From positions 1 to 46,307 of IMG/VR virus record IMGVR_UViG_2721755721_000003: a DNA stretch of 46,307 bases; one strand, given 5' to 3'. The notes beneath the pieces are model-generated. The model was not told the DNA's origin, did not search any database, and worked only from the letters and a program-made list of their open reading frames with translations. Numbering within the stretch: position 1 is the first letter of the stretch; each line of letters starts with the position of its first letter. Made by a program: the position numbers and the translations under genes. Below are positions 25,305 through 36,093 of the stretch, piece by piece. This DNA comes from a virus. Lineage: Duplodnaviria > Heunggongvirae > Uroviricota > Caudoviricetes.

Positions 25305-26893
25305 AACGAACGCCTGTCCTGATTGATGTGAACGGCGTTCCGCTTCGGGAGAGCCTCAGCTACAACGGTGGCGGTGCAGGATTTGGCGGGCAAATGGCAG
25401 AGTGGTTGCCACCCTCGCAGAGTGCCGATGCGGCCCTGCTGCCCGCGTTGCGTCTGGGGAATGCCCGTGCAGATGATCTGGTGCGCAATAACGGAATAGC
25501 GGCCAATGCGGTGGCCCTGCATAAGGATCACATTGTCGGGCATATGTTTCTGATTAGCTACCGTCCGAACTGGCGCTGGCTGGGGATGCGGGAGACCGCG
25601 GCAAAAAGTTTTGTCGATGAGGTGGAGGCGGCCTGGTCAGAATACGCAGAAGGGATGTTTGGTGAGATCGACGTGGAAGGGAAACGCACGTTTACGGAAT
25701 TTATCCGTGAAGGTGTGGGCGTTCATGCGTTTAACGGCGAAATCTTTGTGCAGCCGGTCTGGGATACGGAGAGTACGCAACTGTTTCGTACGCGTTTTAA
25801 AGCCGTGAGTCCGAAACGGGTGGACACGCCAGGACACGGTATCGGGAACCGTTTTCTGCGGGCCGGTGTGGAGGTTGATCGATATGGCCGTGCCGTTGCG
25901 TACCATATCTGTGAGGATGATTTTCCTCGCTCCGGGAGTGGACGATGGGAACGGATCCCGCGTGAACTACCCACCGGGCGTCCGGCCATGCTGCATATTT
26001 TCGAGCCGGTGGAGGACGGGCAGACCCGTGGAGCCAATCAGTTTTACAGCGTTATGGAACGGCTGAAGATGCTCGATTCCCTGCAGGCAACACAGCTTCA
26101 GTCGGCCATAGTGAAGGCGATGTATGCAGCGACGATTGAAAGTGACCTTGATACCGAAAAGGCCTTTGAATATATCGCCGGTGCGCCGCAGGGGCAGAAG
26201 GATAATCCGCTTATTAATATTCTGGATAAGTTCTCCACCTGGTATGACACGAATAGCGTGACGCTGGGCGGTGTCAAAATTCCGCACCTTTTCCCCGGTG
26301 ATGATCTGAAACTTCAGACCGCGCAGGATTCAGACAATGGATTTTCGGCGCTTGAACAGGCGCTGCTGCGGTATATCGCCGCCGGTCTTGGCGTTTCCTA
26401 CGAACAGTTGTCCCGTGATTACTCGAAGGTCAGTTACTCAAGTGCCCGCGCATCCGCCAATGAGTCGTGGCGCTATTTTATGGGGCGGCGAAAATTTATT
26501 GCGTCCCGGCTGGCCACGCAGATGTTTTCCTGCTGGCTGGAAGAGGCACTTCTTCGGGGGATTATTCGTCCGCCACGGGCACGGTTTGATTTTTATCAGG
26601 CGCGATCAGCCTGGTCACGGGCTGAGTGGATTGGAGCCGGAAGAATGGCCATTGACGGGCTCAAGGAGGTTCAGGAATCAGTGATGCGCATTGAGGCCGG
26701 ACTGAGCACGTATGAGAAAGAGCTGGCGCTGATGGGCGAGGATTATCAGGACATTTTCCGCCAGCAGGTCAGGGAATCTGCAGAGCGGGAAAAAGCCGGA
26801 CTCTCACGTCCGGTGTGGATAGCGCAGGCGTATCAGCAGCAGATAGCGGAGAGTCGCAGGCCGGAAGAGGAGACAACACCACGTGAGACGTAA
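25301..26893 (+). CDS. B: Portal protein
   Basis: 530 aa, lambda gpB-like. Confidence 0.95.
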   Translation: MKRTPVLIDVNGVPLRESLSYNGGGAGFGGQMAEWLPPSQSADAALLPALRLGNARADDLVRNNGIAANAVALHKDHIVGHMFLISYRPNWRWLGMRETAAKSFVDEVEAAWSEYAEGMFGEIDVEGKRTFTEFIREGVGVHAFNGEIFVQPVWDTESTQLFRTRFKAVSPKRVDTPGHGIGNRFLRAGVEVDRYGRAVAYHICEDDFPRSGSGRWERIPRELPTGRPAMLHIFEPVEDGQTRGANQFYSVMERLKMLDSLQATQLQSAIVKAMYAATIESDLDTEKAFEYIAGAPQGQKDNPLINILDKFSTWYDTNSVTLGGVKIPHLFPGDDLKLQTAQDSDNGFSALEQALLRYIAAGLGVSYEQLSRDYSKVSYSSARASANESWRYFMGRRKFIASRLATQMFSCWLEEALLRGIIRPPRARFDFYQARSAWSRAEWIGAGRMAIDGLKEVQESVMRIEAGLSTYEKELALMGEDYQDIFRQQVRESAEREKAGLSRPVWIAQAYQQQIAESRRPEEETTPRET

Positions 26894-28388
26894 TCTTTCA
26901 CACATTATTGCAGCAGCATTCAATGAACCGCTGCTTCTGGAGCCCGCCTATGCGCGGGTTTTCTTTTGCGCGCTGGGGCGCGAGATGGGGGCAGCAAGTC
27001 TTTCGGTACCGCAACAGCAGGTACAGCTTGATGCTCCCGGGATGCTGGCTGAAACGGACGAGTACATGGCCGGAGGTAAACGACCGGCCCGTGTTTACCG
27101 GGTGGTGAACGGTATTGCGGTACTGCCGGTGACCGGCACGCTGGTGCACCGGCTGGGGGGGATGCGGCCATTTTCCGGAATGACTGGCTATGACGGCATT
27201 GTCGCCTGTCTTCAGCAGGCAATGGCAGATAGCCAGGTGCGGGGCATACTGCTGGACATTGACAGTCCGGGCGGGCAGGCCGCCGGCGCGTTTGACTGCG
27301 CTGACATGATTTACCGCCTCCGGCAGCAGAAGCCGGTCTGGGCACTGTGTAATGACACGGCCTGTTCTGCGGCCATGCTGCTGGCGTCGGCCTGCTCCCG
27401 ACGGCTGGTTACCCAGACATCCCGTATCGGTTCCATTGGCGTGATGATGAGCCATGTCAGCTATGCCGGTCATCTGGCGCAGGCCGGTGTGGATATCACG
27501 CTGATTTACTCAGGGGCGCACAAGGTGGATGGCAATCAGTTTGAAGCGTTGCCGGCAGAGGTTCGCCAGGACATGCAGCAGCGGATTGATGCGGCGCGCC
27601 GGATGTTTGCCGAAAAAGTGGCGATGTTTACCGGTCTGTCTGTTGATGCAGTCACGGGAACAGAGGCCGCTGTTTTTGAAGGTCAGTCCGGCATTGAGGC
27701 CGGGCTGGCGGATGAATTAATCAATGCGTCGGATGCCATCAGTGTGATGGCCACGGCGCTGAACAGTAATGTCAGAGGAGGCACTATGCCGCAATTAACT
27801 GCAACGGAAGCCGCCGTGCAGGAGAACCAGCGAGTGATGGGGATCCTGACATGCCAGGAAGCGAAAGGACGTGAACAGCTTGCCACGATGCTGGCAGGGC
27901 AACAGGGCATGAGCGTTGAACAGGCCCGGGCGATTCTGGCCGCGGCGGCACGGCAGCAGCCGGTGGCATCCGCGCAGAGTGAAGCCGATCGCATTATGGC
28001 GTGTGAAGAAGCGAACGGTCGTGAACAACTGGCGGCAACGCTGGCGGCGATGCCGGAGATGACGGTGGAAAAAGCCCGCCCGATCCTGGCGGCTGCACCA
28101 CTGGCGGATGCCGGGCCCTCGCTTCGTGATCAGATCATGGCCCTGGATGAGGCAAAAGGGGCAGAAGCGCAGGCTGAAAAACTGGCGGCCTGCCCGGGAA
28201 TGACCGTGGAGAACGCCCGGGCTGTGCTGGCTGCGGGATCAGGTAAGGCCGAACCGGTCTCTGCATCCACAACCGCCCTGTTTGAACATTTCATGGCGAA
28301 TCATTCACCGGCAGCGGTGCGGGGTGGCGTGTCACAGACGTCAGCAGACGGTGATGCGGACGTGAAAATGCTCATGGCCATGCCATGA
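26883..28388 (+). CDS. C: Head maturation protease / scaffold (C with in-frame Nu3-like C-terminal region)
   Basis: S49-type peptidase N-terminal half similar to lambda C; C-terminal region contains three tandem about 49-aa repeats. Confidence 0.9.
   Translation: MRRNLSHIIAAAFNEPLLLEPAYARVFFCALGREMGAASLSVPQQQVQLDAPGMLAETDEYMAGGKRPARVYRVVNGIAVLPVTGTLVHRLGGMRPFSGMTGYDGIVACLQQAMADSQVRGILLDIDSPGGQAAGAFDCADMIYRLRQQKPVWALCNDTACSAAMLLASACSRRLVTQTSRIGSIGVMMSHVSYAGHLAQAGVDITLIYSGAHKVDGNQFEALPAEVRQDMQQRIDAARRMFAEKVAMFTGLSVDAVTGTEAAVFEGQSGIEAGLADELINASDAISVMATALNSNVRGGTMPQLTATEAAVQENQRVMGILTCQEAKGREQLATMLAGQQGMSVEQARAILAAAARQQPVASAQSEADRIMACEEANGREQLAATLAAMPEMTVEKARPILAAAPLADAGPSLRDQIMALDEAKGAEAQAEKLAACPGMTVENARAVLAAGSGKAEPVSASTTALFEHFMANHSPAAVRGGVSQTSADGDADVKMLMAMP
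27840..28240. repeat. Three tandem about 147-150-bp coding repeats within the C/Nu3 region
   Basis: Protein units CQEAKGREQLATMLAGQQGMSVEQARAILAAA / CEEANGREQLAATLAAMPEMTVEKARPILAAA / LDEAKGAEAQAEKLAACPGMTVENARAVLAAG. Confidence 0.6.
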
Positions 28389-28424
28389 AGTCAGTGCTGA
28401 CCATCAATATGAGGTTTTAACAAA

Positions 28425-28772
28425 ATGGTGACGAAAACCATCACTGAACAGCGTGCGGAAGTACGTATTTTTGCCGGTAATGATCCGGCTCATACCGCCA
28501 CAGGCAGCAGCGGGATTTCTTCTGCAACACCGGCTCTGACGCCCCTGATGCTGGATGAAGCCACCGGGAAACTGGTGGTCTGGGATGGACAGAAAGCCGG
28601 TAGTGCGGTTGGCATACTGGTACTGCCGCTTGAAGGCACAGAGACGGTGCTGACCTATTACAAGTCGGGGACCTTTGCGACGGAGGCAATCCGCTGGCCT
28701 GACAGTGTGGATGAACACAAAAAGGCAAATGCCTTTGCCGGCACAGCCCTGAGTCACGCGGCTCTGCCATAA
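28425..28772 (+). CDS. D: Head decoration protein
   Basis: 115 aa, lambda gpD-like, immediately upstream of the major capsid gene. Confidence 0.85.
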   Translation: MVTKTITEQRAEVRIFAGNDPAHTATGSSGISSATPALTPLMLDEATGKLVVWDGQKAGSAVGILVLPLEGTETVLTYYKSGTFATEAIRWPDSVDEHKKANAFAGTALSHAALP

Positions 28773-28829
28773 CACGTTATCAGGCCACCATGGTGGCCTG
28801 ACTGATTTCTGAATGAAAGGAACTGATTT

Positions 28830-29858
28830 ATGGGATTGTTTACGACCCGCCAGTTACTCGGTTATACCGAACAAAAAGTGAAATTCCGTGCGCTGTTTCT
28901 GGAGCTGTTTTTCCGCCGTACGGTGAATTTCCACACCGAAGAGGTGATGCTGGACAAAATTACCGGAAAAACGCCGGTGGCGGCCTATGTCTCCCCGATC
29001 GTTGAAGGAAAAGTGCTTCGCCATCGCGGTGGTGAAACCCGCGTGTTACGTCCGGGCTACGTCAAGCCGAAACACGAATTTAATTACCAGCAGGCGGTTG
29101 AGCGCCTTCCTGGTGAAGATCCGGCTCAGCTGAACGACCCGGCCTACCGTCGTCTGCGTATCATTACCGATAACCTCAAACAGGAAGAGCACGCCATTGT
29201 CCAGGTGGAAGAAATGCAGGCGGTGAATGCCGTGCTGTATGGCAAATACACCATGGAAGGGGATCAGTTTGATACTGTCGAGGTGGATTTCGGGCGCTCT
29301 GAAGGAAATAACATTGAGCAGGCTGACGGTAAAAAATGGTCTGAGCAGGACCGTGATACGTTTGATCCGACGCATGATATTGACCTTTACTGCGATCAGG
29401 CCAGCGGCCTTGTGAATATCGCCATTATGGACGGTACGGTCTGGCGTCTGCTGAATGGCTTTAAGCTGTTCCGCGAAAAACTGGATACCCGTCGCGGCTC
29501 AAATTCACAACTCGAAACGGCAGTGAAAGATCTGGGCGCAGTGGTGTCCTTCAAGGGGTATTACGGCGATCTGGCCATTGTGGTGGCGAAAACGTCTTAT
29601 GTGGCAGAGGACGGTACCGAAAAACGTTATCTGCCGGAGGGCATGCTGGTGTTGGGGAATACGGCGGCAGAGGGGATTCGTTGCTATGGTGCCATTAAGG
29701 ATGCACAGGCGTTGTCTGAAGGAGTGGTGGCTTCTTCCCGTTACCCGAAACACTGGCTGACCGTGGGCGATCCGTCCTGTGAATTCACCATGACGCAGTC
29801 CGCTCCGCTGATGGTGCTGCCGGATCCGGATGAGTTTGTGGTGGTACAGGTGAAATAA
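28830..29858 (+). CDS. E: Major capsid protein
   Basis: 342 aa; strong similarity to lambda gpE (…TRRGSNSQLETAVKDLG…MTQSAPLMVLPDPDEFVVVQV). Confidence 0.95.
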   Translation: MGLFTTRQLLGYTEQKVKFRALFLELFFRRTVNFHTEEVMLDKITGKTPVAAYVSPIVEGKVLRHRGGETRVLRPGYVKPKHEFNYQQAVERLPGEDPAQLNDPAYRRLRIITDNLKQEEHAIVQVEEMQAVNAVLYGKYTMEGDQFDTVEVDFGRSEGNNIEQADGKKWSEQDRDTFDPTHDIDLYCDQASGLVNIAIMDGTVWRLLNGFKLFREKLDTRRGSNSQLETAVKDLGAVVSFKGYYGDLAIVVAKTSYVAEDGTEKRYLPEGMLVLGNTAAEGIRCYGAIKDAQALSEGVVASSRYPKHWLTVGDPSCEFTMTQSAPLMVLPDPDEFVVVQVK

Positions 29859-29909
29859 TCCGTGAGCGGGGGCGAAATGCCCCCGTGTCTTTTTTCACAG
29901 GAGGCTGAG

Positions 29910-30293
29910 ATGGCAACAAAAGAAGAAAATCTGAATCGTCTTCGTCAACTGGCTGACCTGCTGGGGCGCGAGGCGGATATGTCGGGGAGTGCTGCGGATA
30001 TTGCTCAACGTGTGTCTGAGTGGGAAGAGGAGCTTGCTGTTTCCCCGGAGGGCATTATGCACTCTGATGAGAGCGGGGCTGATCAAAATCACACAGACGA
30101 TGGTGAGCAGTTGAACAACACGGATGCTCCGGATGATGTTAAAGCCGTCCGGGTACGGAAGTGCCTGCAAGTAATGGGGTATTGCCCGGAGACAGGTCGT
30201 CCCGTTGAGCTGGCGTTACGGGGTATGCGTGTTCTGGTGCCATCATCACTGGCAACGGCCATGATACAGCACGGAACGGCTGAATATGCGTGA
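29910..30293 (+). CDS. FI: DNA packaging protein FI-like
   Basis: Position and size; start taken at MATKEENLNRLRQL. Confidence 0.65.
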   Translation: MATKEENLNRLRQLADLLGREADMSGSAADIAQRVSEWEEELAVSPEGIMHSDESGADQNHTDDGEQLNNTDAPDDVKAVRVRKCLQVMGYCPETGRPVELALRGMRVLVPSSLATAMIQHGTAEYA

Positions 30294-30639
30294 TTTTCAG
30301 AATGCCTTTGATGCTGCCCTCGCCGGGGTAGACAGTACGATCGTTGAAGTGATGGGGCTCTGTGCGCAGTTCACCTCGGGGGCACAGTGTGGCAGCGAAG
30401 TTCAGGGGGTTTTTGATGATCCGGAGTCGCTGGGGTTTGCCGGTGGCGGGGTCCGTATTGAAGGAAGCAGCCCGTCATTATTTGTGCGGACGGATACGGT
30501 TCGTGCCGTGCGGCGTGGTGACACGCTGACCATTAATGGTGAGATATTCTGGGTGGATCGTGTTTCTCCGGATGACGGGGGCAGCTGTTATCTCTGGCTC
30601 AACCGTGGTCAACCACCCGCAGTTAACCGGCGACGATAA
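30286..30639 (+). CDS. FII: Head-tail connector FII
   Basis: 117 aa, lambda position and size. Confidence 0.8.
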   Translation: MRDFQNAFDAALAGVDSTIVEVMGLCAQFTSGAQCGSEVQGVFDDPESLGFAGGGVRIEGSSPSLFVRTDTVRAVRRGDTLTINGEIFWVDRVSPDDGGSCYLWLNRGQPPAVNRRR

Positions 30640-30654
30640 ACGCAGGGTGAAATT

Positions 30655-31188
30655 ATGGCGATAAAAGGGCTTGATCAGGCGATTGACAATCTGAGCCGGG
30701 TTCGTAAAAACGCCATTCCGGCGGCTTCAGCAATGGCCATTAACCGCGTGGCCACAACGGCGATTAATCAGTCTTCATCACAGGTTGCCCGGGAGACAAA
30801 GGTTCGCCGGAAACTGGTTAAGGAACGGTCCAGACTGAAACGGGCGACGGTCAGAAATCCGAATGCCAGAATTATCGTTAACCGCGGTGATCTCCCTGTG
30901 ATTAAGCTGGGGATCAGGATGCTGGGGCGTCGCCCGAACAGCATACTTAAAGCCGGTCAGCATCGGTATCAGCGGGCATTTATTCAGCGATTAAAAAATG
31001 GTCGCTGGCATGTCATGCAGCGTGTGGCCGGGAAAAACCGTTACCCCATTGATGTGGTGAAAATCCCGATGGCGGCCCCACTGAAACAGGCATTTGATGA
31101 GAATGTTGACCGTATCCGGCGTGAACGCCTGCCTAAAGAACTGGCATACGCGCTGAAACAACAACTGAGGATTGCAATAAAACGATGA
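30655..31188 (+). CDS. Z: Tail completion protein Z
   Basis: Position and similarity to lambda Z. Confidence 0.8.
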   Translation: MAIKGLDQAIDNLSRVRKNAIPAASAMAINRVATTAINQSSSQVARETKVRRKLVKERSRLKRATVRNPNARIIVNRGDLPVIKLGIRMLGRRPNSILKAGQHRYQRAFIQRLKNGRWHVMQRVAGKNRYPIDVVKIPMAAPLKQAFDENVDRIRRERLPKELAYALKQQLRIAIKR

Positions 31189-31580
31189 AACACACTGACA
31201 TTCGTGCCGCAGTGCTGGATGCACTCGAGCAGCATGAACACGGGGCGACGCTGTTTGATGGTCGCCCCGTTGTTTTTGACGAAGAGGATTTTCCTGCGAT
31301 CGCGGTTTATCTGACGGATGCAGAGTATACCGGTGAAGAGCTGGATGCAGATACCTGGCGGGCCACGCTGCATATTGAGGTGTTTTTACCGGCACAGGTA
31401 CCGGATTCAGAGCTTGATCAGTGGATGGAAAGCCGGATTTACCCGGCGATGACCGCGATCCCGGCACTGGCAGGACTGATTACCACGATGGTTACGCAGG
31501 GCTATGAGTATCGTCGTGATGACGATATGGCGTTATGGAGTTCTGCAGATCTGACTTATTCCATTACATACGAGATGTGA
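31185..31580 (+). CDS. U: Tail terminator protein U
   Basis: 131 aa, lambda gpU-like. Confidence 0.85.
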   Translation: MKHTDIRAAVLDALEQHEHGATLFDGRPVVFDEEDFPAIAVYLTDAEYTGEELDADTWRATLHIEVFLPAQVPDSELDQWMESRIYPAMTAIPALAGLITTMVTQGYEYRRDDDMALWSSADLTYSITYEM

Positions 31581-31587
31581 GGACGAT

Positions 31588-32340
31588 ATGGCAACACCAA
31601 ATCCCCTTGAGCCGGTAAAAGGTGCCGGTACCACTCTGTGGGTTTACAACGGCAAGGGTGATGCTTATGCAAACCCGTTGTCAGACGATGACTGGCAGCG
31701 ACTGGCTAAGGTGAAGGATCTGACGCCGGGCGAGATGACGGCAGAATCCTACGATGATAACTACCTGGATGATGAAGACGCGGACTGGACCGCGACCGGG
31801 CAGGGGCAGAAATCTGCAGGTGATACCAGTTTTACGCTGGCCTGGAAACCGGGAGAGGAAGGCCAGAAAGGGCTTATAGGCTGGTTTGAAAGCGGCGATG
31901 TCCGGGCCTATAAAATCCGTTTTCCGAATGGCACGGTGGATGTGTTTCGTGGCTGGGTCAGCAGTATCGGTAAGGCCGTGACGGCGAAAGAAGTGATCAC
32001 CCGCACGGTGAAAGTCACTAACGTGGGTAAACCTTCTGTAGCGGAAGAACGCAGCAAAATTACGCCGGTCAGTGCGATTAAGGTGACGCCGACATCCGGT
32101 ACGGTGGCAAAAGGGAAAACAACCACCCTGACGGTTTCTTTTGAGCCGGAAAGTGCAACCGACAAGACGTTCAGAGCGGTTTCCGCCGATCCGTCGAAAG
32201 CCACCATTAGTGTGAAAGATATGACAATTACGGTAAACGGCGTGGCGACAGGTAAGGTGCAGATCCCTGTGGTGAGCGGAAATGGTCAGTTCGCCGCAGT
32301 GGCTGAAGTCACCGTTACTGAAGCGGGCGCTGCAGGGTAA
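31588..32340 (+). CDS. V: Major tail protein V with C-terminal Ig-like (Big_2-type) domain
   Basis: Lambda gpV-like N-terminal domain; C-terminal Ig-like segment ([45 protein letters not shown]). Confidence 0.9.
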   Translation: MATPNPLEPVKGAGTTLWVYNGKGDAYANPLSDDDWQRLAKVKDLTPGEMTAESYDDNYLDDEDADWTATGQGQKSAGDTSFTLAWKPGEEGQKGLIGWFESGDVRAYKIRFPNGTVDVFRGWVSSIGKAVTAKEVITRTVKVTNVGKPSVAEERSKITPVSAIKVTPTSGTVAKGKTTTLTVSFEPESATDKTFRAVSADPSKATISVKDMTITVNGVATGKVQIPVVSGNGQFAAVAEVTVTEAGAAG

Positions 32341-32353
32341 ACGGAGGTAATAC

Positions 32354-32785
32354 ATGTTTCTGAAAACAGAACAATTTGAATATAACGGTGTGTCTGTCAC
32401 GCTTTCCGAATTGTCTGCGCTGCAGCGTATCGAGCATCTTGCCCTCCTGAAACGGCGTGCAGAACAGGCAGAATCCTGCGGCAACCTGCAGGTAAGCGTG
32501 GAAGATCTCGTCAGAACCGGCGCGTTTCTGGTGGCGATGTCCCTGTGGCATAACCATCCACAGAAAACGCAGTCACCGTCAATGAATGAGGCCGTGATGA
32601 AGATAGAGCAGGAAGTGCTCACCACCTGGCCTGCCGATGCCATTGCCCGGGCGGAAGACGTGGTGTTGTGCCTGTCCGGGATGATCGAAGCTGTTCGTCC
32701 GGATACTGATATTACTGAAGTGGCGAAAAATAACACGCTGACTGATGATGATTTTTCTGCGGGAAAGTCTTCGACGGCGAGCTGA
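32354..32785 (+). CDS. G: Tail assembly chaperone G
   Basis: 143 aa, lambda gpG-like; ends just after the slippery heptamer. Confidence 0.85.
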   Translation: MFLKTEQFEYNGVSVTLSELSALQRIEHLALLKRRAEQAESCGNLQVSVEDLVRTGAFLVAMSLWHNHPQKTQSPSMNEAVMKIEQEVLTTWPADAIARAEDVVLCLSGMIEAVRPDTDITEVAKNNTLTDDDFSAGKSSTAS

Positions 32786-33225
32786 ACTTTGCCCTCAGAC
32801 TGGCGCGTGAGATGGGGAGACCCGACTGGCGCGCCATGCTTGCCGGGATGACATCCACCGAATATGCCGACTGGCACCGTTTTTACCGCACGCATTATTT
32901 TCAGGATACCCAGCTGGATATGCATTTTTCCGGGCTGACGTACGCTGTACTCAGCCTGTTTTTTTGCGATCCGGATATGCATCCCTCTGATTTCAGTCTG
33001 CTTGTCCCCCGGCATGAGGAAGAGCAGGTGGAGAGGCCGGATGAGGACAAAATGCTGATGCAGAAAGCGGCAGGACTTGCCGGAGGCGTCCGGTTCGGTG
33101 GGGACGGAGGGCGCGATATTTTATCGTCTGCGGATGTGGCGGATGTCATGGTGGATGATGCCGCATTAATGATGGCTTCAGCGGGGATTCCGGGAGGTGT
33201 GAGATATGTCCCAGCCGGTTGGTGA
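32354..33225 (+). CDS. Tail assembly chaperone G-T fusion via programmed -1 frameshift
   Basis: In-frame slippery heptamer G GGA AAG at 32761-32767 (same as lambda); the -1 frame continues open into the T-like ORF ending at 33225. Confidence 0.7.
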
Positions 33226-35767
33226 TCTTGTTATTGACCTGAGTCTGGATGCTGTCCGTTTCGATGAGCAGATGAGCCGGGTAAGGCGTCATTTTTCAGG
33301 TCTGGATACCGACGCCAGAAAAACCGCCAGTGCTGTTGAACAGGGCCTGAGCCGCCAGGCGCTGGCTGCACAAAAAGCCGGGATTTCCGTCGGGCAGTAT
33401 AAAGCGGCCATGCGAACCCTGCCCGCACAGTTTACGGATATCGCCACGCAGCTTGCCGGTGGTCAGAATCCCTGGTTGATCCTGCTGCAACAGGGGGGTC
33501 AGGTTAAGGACTCCTTCGGCGGGATGATCCCCATGTTCAGGGGGCTTGCCGGCGCGATCACCCTGCCGATGGTGGGGGCCACCTCGCTGGCGGTGGCGAC
33601 CGGTGCGCTGGCGTATGCCTGGTATCAGGGCAACTCAACCCTGTCCGATTTCAACAAAACGCTGGTCCTTTCCGGCAATCAGGCGGGACTGACGGCAGAT
33701 CGTATGCTGGTCCTGTCCAGAGCCGGGCAGGCGGCAGGGCTGACGTTTAACCAGACCAGCGAGTCACTCAGCGCACTGGTTAAGGCGGGGGTAAGCGGTG
33801 AGGCTCAGATTGCGTCCATCAGCCAGAGTGTGGCGCGTTTCTCCTCTGCATCCGGCGTGGAGGTGGACAAGGTCGCTGAAGCCTTCGGGAAGCTGACCAC
33901 AGACCCGACGTCGGGGTTGACGGCGATGGCACGCCAGTTCCATAACGTGACGGCGGAACAGATTGCGTATGTTGCTCAGTTGCAGCGTTCCGGCGATGAA
34001 GCCGGGGCATTGCAGGCGGCGAACGAGGCCGCAACGAAAGGGTTTGATGACCAGACCCGACGCCTGAAAGAGAACATGGGCACGCTGGAAACTTGGGCAG
34101 ACAGGACAGCACGAGCATTCAAATCCATGTGGGATGCGGTGCTGGATATTGGTCGTCCTGATACCGCTCAGGAGATGCTGATTAAGGCAGAGGCTGCGTT
34201 TAAGAAAGCGGACGACATCTGGAATCTACGCAAGGATGATTATTTTGTTAACGATGAAGCGCGGGCGCGTTACTGGGATGATCGTGAAAAGGCCCGTCTT
34301 GCGCTTGAAGCCGCCCGAAAGAAGGCTGAACAGCAGAGTCAACAGGACAAAAATGCGCAGCAGCAGAGCGATACCGAAGCGTCACGGCTGAAATATACCG
34401 AAGAGGCGCAGAAGGCTTACGAACGGCTGCAGACGCCGCTGGAGAAATATACCGCCCGTCAGGAAGAACTGAACAAGGCACTGAAGGACGGGAAAATTCT
34501 GCAGGCAGATTACAACACGCTGATGGCGGCGGCGAAAAAGGACTATGAAGCGACGCTGAAAAAGCCGAAACAGTCCGGCGTGAAGGTGTCTGCGGGCGAT
34601 CATCAGGAAGACAGTGCTCATGCGGCCCTGCTGACGCTTCAGGCAGAACTCCGGACGCTGGAGAAGCATGCCGGAGCGAATGAGAAAATCAGCCAGCAGC
34701 GCCGGGATTTGTGGAAGGCAGAAAGTCAGTTCGCGGTACTGGAGGAGGCGGCACAACGTCGCCAGCTGTCCGCACAGGAGAAATCCCTGCTGGCGCATAA
34801 AGACGAGACGCTGGAGTACAAACGCCAGCTGGCTGCACTTGGTGACAAGGTTACGTATCAGGAGCACCTGAATGCGCTGGTGCAGCAGGCGGATAAATTC
34901 GCACAGCAGCAACGGGCAAAACGGGCAGCCATTGATGCGAAAAACCGGGGGCTGACTGACCGGCAGGCAGCGCGGGAAGCCACGGAACAGCGCCTGAAGG
35001 AACAGTATGGCGATAATCCTCTGGCGCTGAATAACGTCATGTCAGAGCAGAAAAAGACCTGGGCGGCTGAAGACCAGCTTCGCGGGAGCTGGATGGCAGG
35101 CCTGAAGTCCGGCTGGGGAGAGTGGGCGGAAAGTGCGACGGACAGTTTTTCGCAGGTTAAAAGTGTGGCCACGCAGACCTTTGACGGTATTGCACAGAAT
35201 ATGGCGGCGATGCTGACCGGCAGCGAACAGAACTGGCGGGGATTCACCCGTTCCGTGCTGTCCATGATGACAGAAATTCTGCTTAAGCAGGCAATGGTGG
35301 GGATTGTCGGGAGTATCGGCAGCGCCATTGGCGGGGCTGTTGGTGGCGGCGCATCCGCGTCAGGCGGTACAGCCATTCAGGCCGCTGCGGCGAAATTCCA
35401 TTTTGCAACCGGAGGATTTACGGGAACCGGCGGCAAATATGAGCCAGCGGGGATTGTTCACCGTGGTGAATTTGTCTTCACAAAGGAGGCAACCAGCCGG
35501 ATTGGCGTGGGGAATCTCTACCGGCTGATGCGCGGCTATGCCACCGGTGGTTATGTCGGTACACCGGGCAGTCTGGCTGACAGCCGGTCGCAGGCGTCCG
35601 GGACGTTTGAGCAGAATAACCATGTGGTGATTAACAACGACGGCACGAACGGGCAGATAGGTCCGGCTGCTCTGAAGGCGGTGTATGACATGGCCCGCAA
35701 GGGTGCCCGTGATGAAATTCAGACACAGATGCGTGATGGTGGACTGTTCTCCGGAGGTGGACGATGA
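33206..35767 (+). CDS. H: Tail tape measure protein
   Basis: 853 aa, lambda gpH-like, Ala/Gln-rich coiled-coil centre. Confidence 0.9.
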   Translation: MSQPVGDLVIDLSLDAVRFDEQMSRVRRHFSGLDTDARKTASAVEQGLSRQALAAQKAGISVGQYKAAMRTLPAQFTDIATQLAGGQNPWLILLQQGGQVKDSFGGMIPMFRGLAGAITLPMVGATSLAVATGALAYAWYQGNSTLSDFNKTLVLSGNQAGLTADRMLVLSRAGQAAGLTFNQTSESLSALVKAGVSGEAQIASISQSVARFSSASGVEVDKVAEAFGKLTTDPTSGLTAMARQFHNVTAEQIAYVAQLQRSGDEAGALQAANEAATKGFDDQTRRLKENMGTLETWADRTARAFKSMWDAVLDIGRPDTAQEMLIKAEAAFKKADDIWNLRKDDYFVNDEARARYWDDREKARLALEAARKKAEQQSQQDKNAQQQSDTEASRLKYTEEAQKAYERLQTPLEKYTARQEELNKALKDGKILQADYNTLMAAAKKDYEATLKKPKQSGVKVSAGDHQEDSAHAALLTLQAELRTLEKHAGANEKISQQRRDLWKAESQFAVLEEAAQRRQLSAQEKSLLAHKDETLEYKRQLAALGDKVTYQEHLNALVQQADKFAQQQRAKRAAIDAKNRGLTDRQAAREATEQRLKEQYGDNPLALNNVMSEQKKTWAAEDQLRGSWMAGLKSGWGEWAESATDSFSQVKSVATQTFDGIAQNMAAMLTGSEQNWRGFTRSVLSMMTEILLKQAMVGIVGSIGSAIGGAVGGGASASGGTAIQAAAAKFHFATGGFTGTGGKYEPAGIVHRGEFVFTKEATSRIGVGNLYRLMRGYATGGYVGTPGSLADSRSQASGTFEQNNHVVINNDGTNGQIGPAALKAVYDMARKGARDEIQTQMRDGGLFSGGGR

Positions 35768-36093
35768 AAACCTTCCGCTGGAAAGTGAAACCCGGGATGG
35801 ATGTGACATCGGCTCCTTCCGTCAGGGAGGTGCGCTTTGGTGATGGCTATTCCCAGCGTGCGCCTGCCGGGCTGAACGCTGACCTGAAAACGTACAGCGT
35901 GACGCTGTCTGTCTCCCGTGAGGAGGCCACGGCGCTGGAGTCGTTTCTGGCTGAGCACGGGGGCTGGAAGGCCTTTCTGTGGACGCCGCCTTATGGTTAC
36001 AGGCAGATAAAGGTGACCTGCGCAAAATGGTCGTCGCAGGTCAGTATGTTGCGTGTTGGGTTCAGCGCAGAGTTTAAACAGGTGGTGAACTGA
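35764..36093 (+). CDS. M: Tail tip protein M
   Basis: 109 aa, lambda gpM-like. Confidence 0.9.
   Translation: MKTFRWKVKPGMDVTSAPSVREVRFGDGYSQRAPAGLNADLKTYSVTLSVSREEATALESFLAEHGGWKAFLWTPPYGYRQIKVTCAKWSSQVSMLRVGFSAEFKQVVN

Noticed and set aside
31681-33015. 444-aa minus-strand ORF spanning V, G and T
   Set aside because: Antisense to well-supported lambda-like tail genes; Arg/Cys-rich low-complexity translation typical of a reverse-frame artefact in GC-rich coding DNA.
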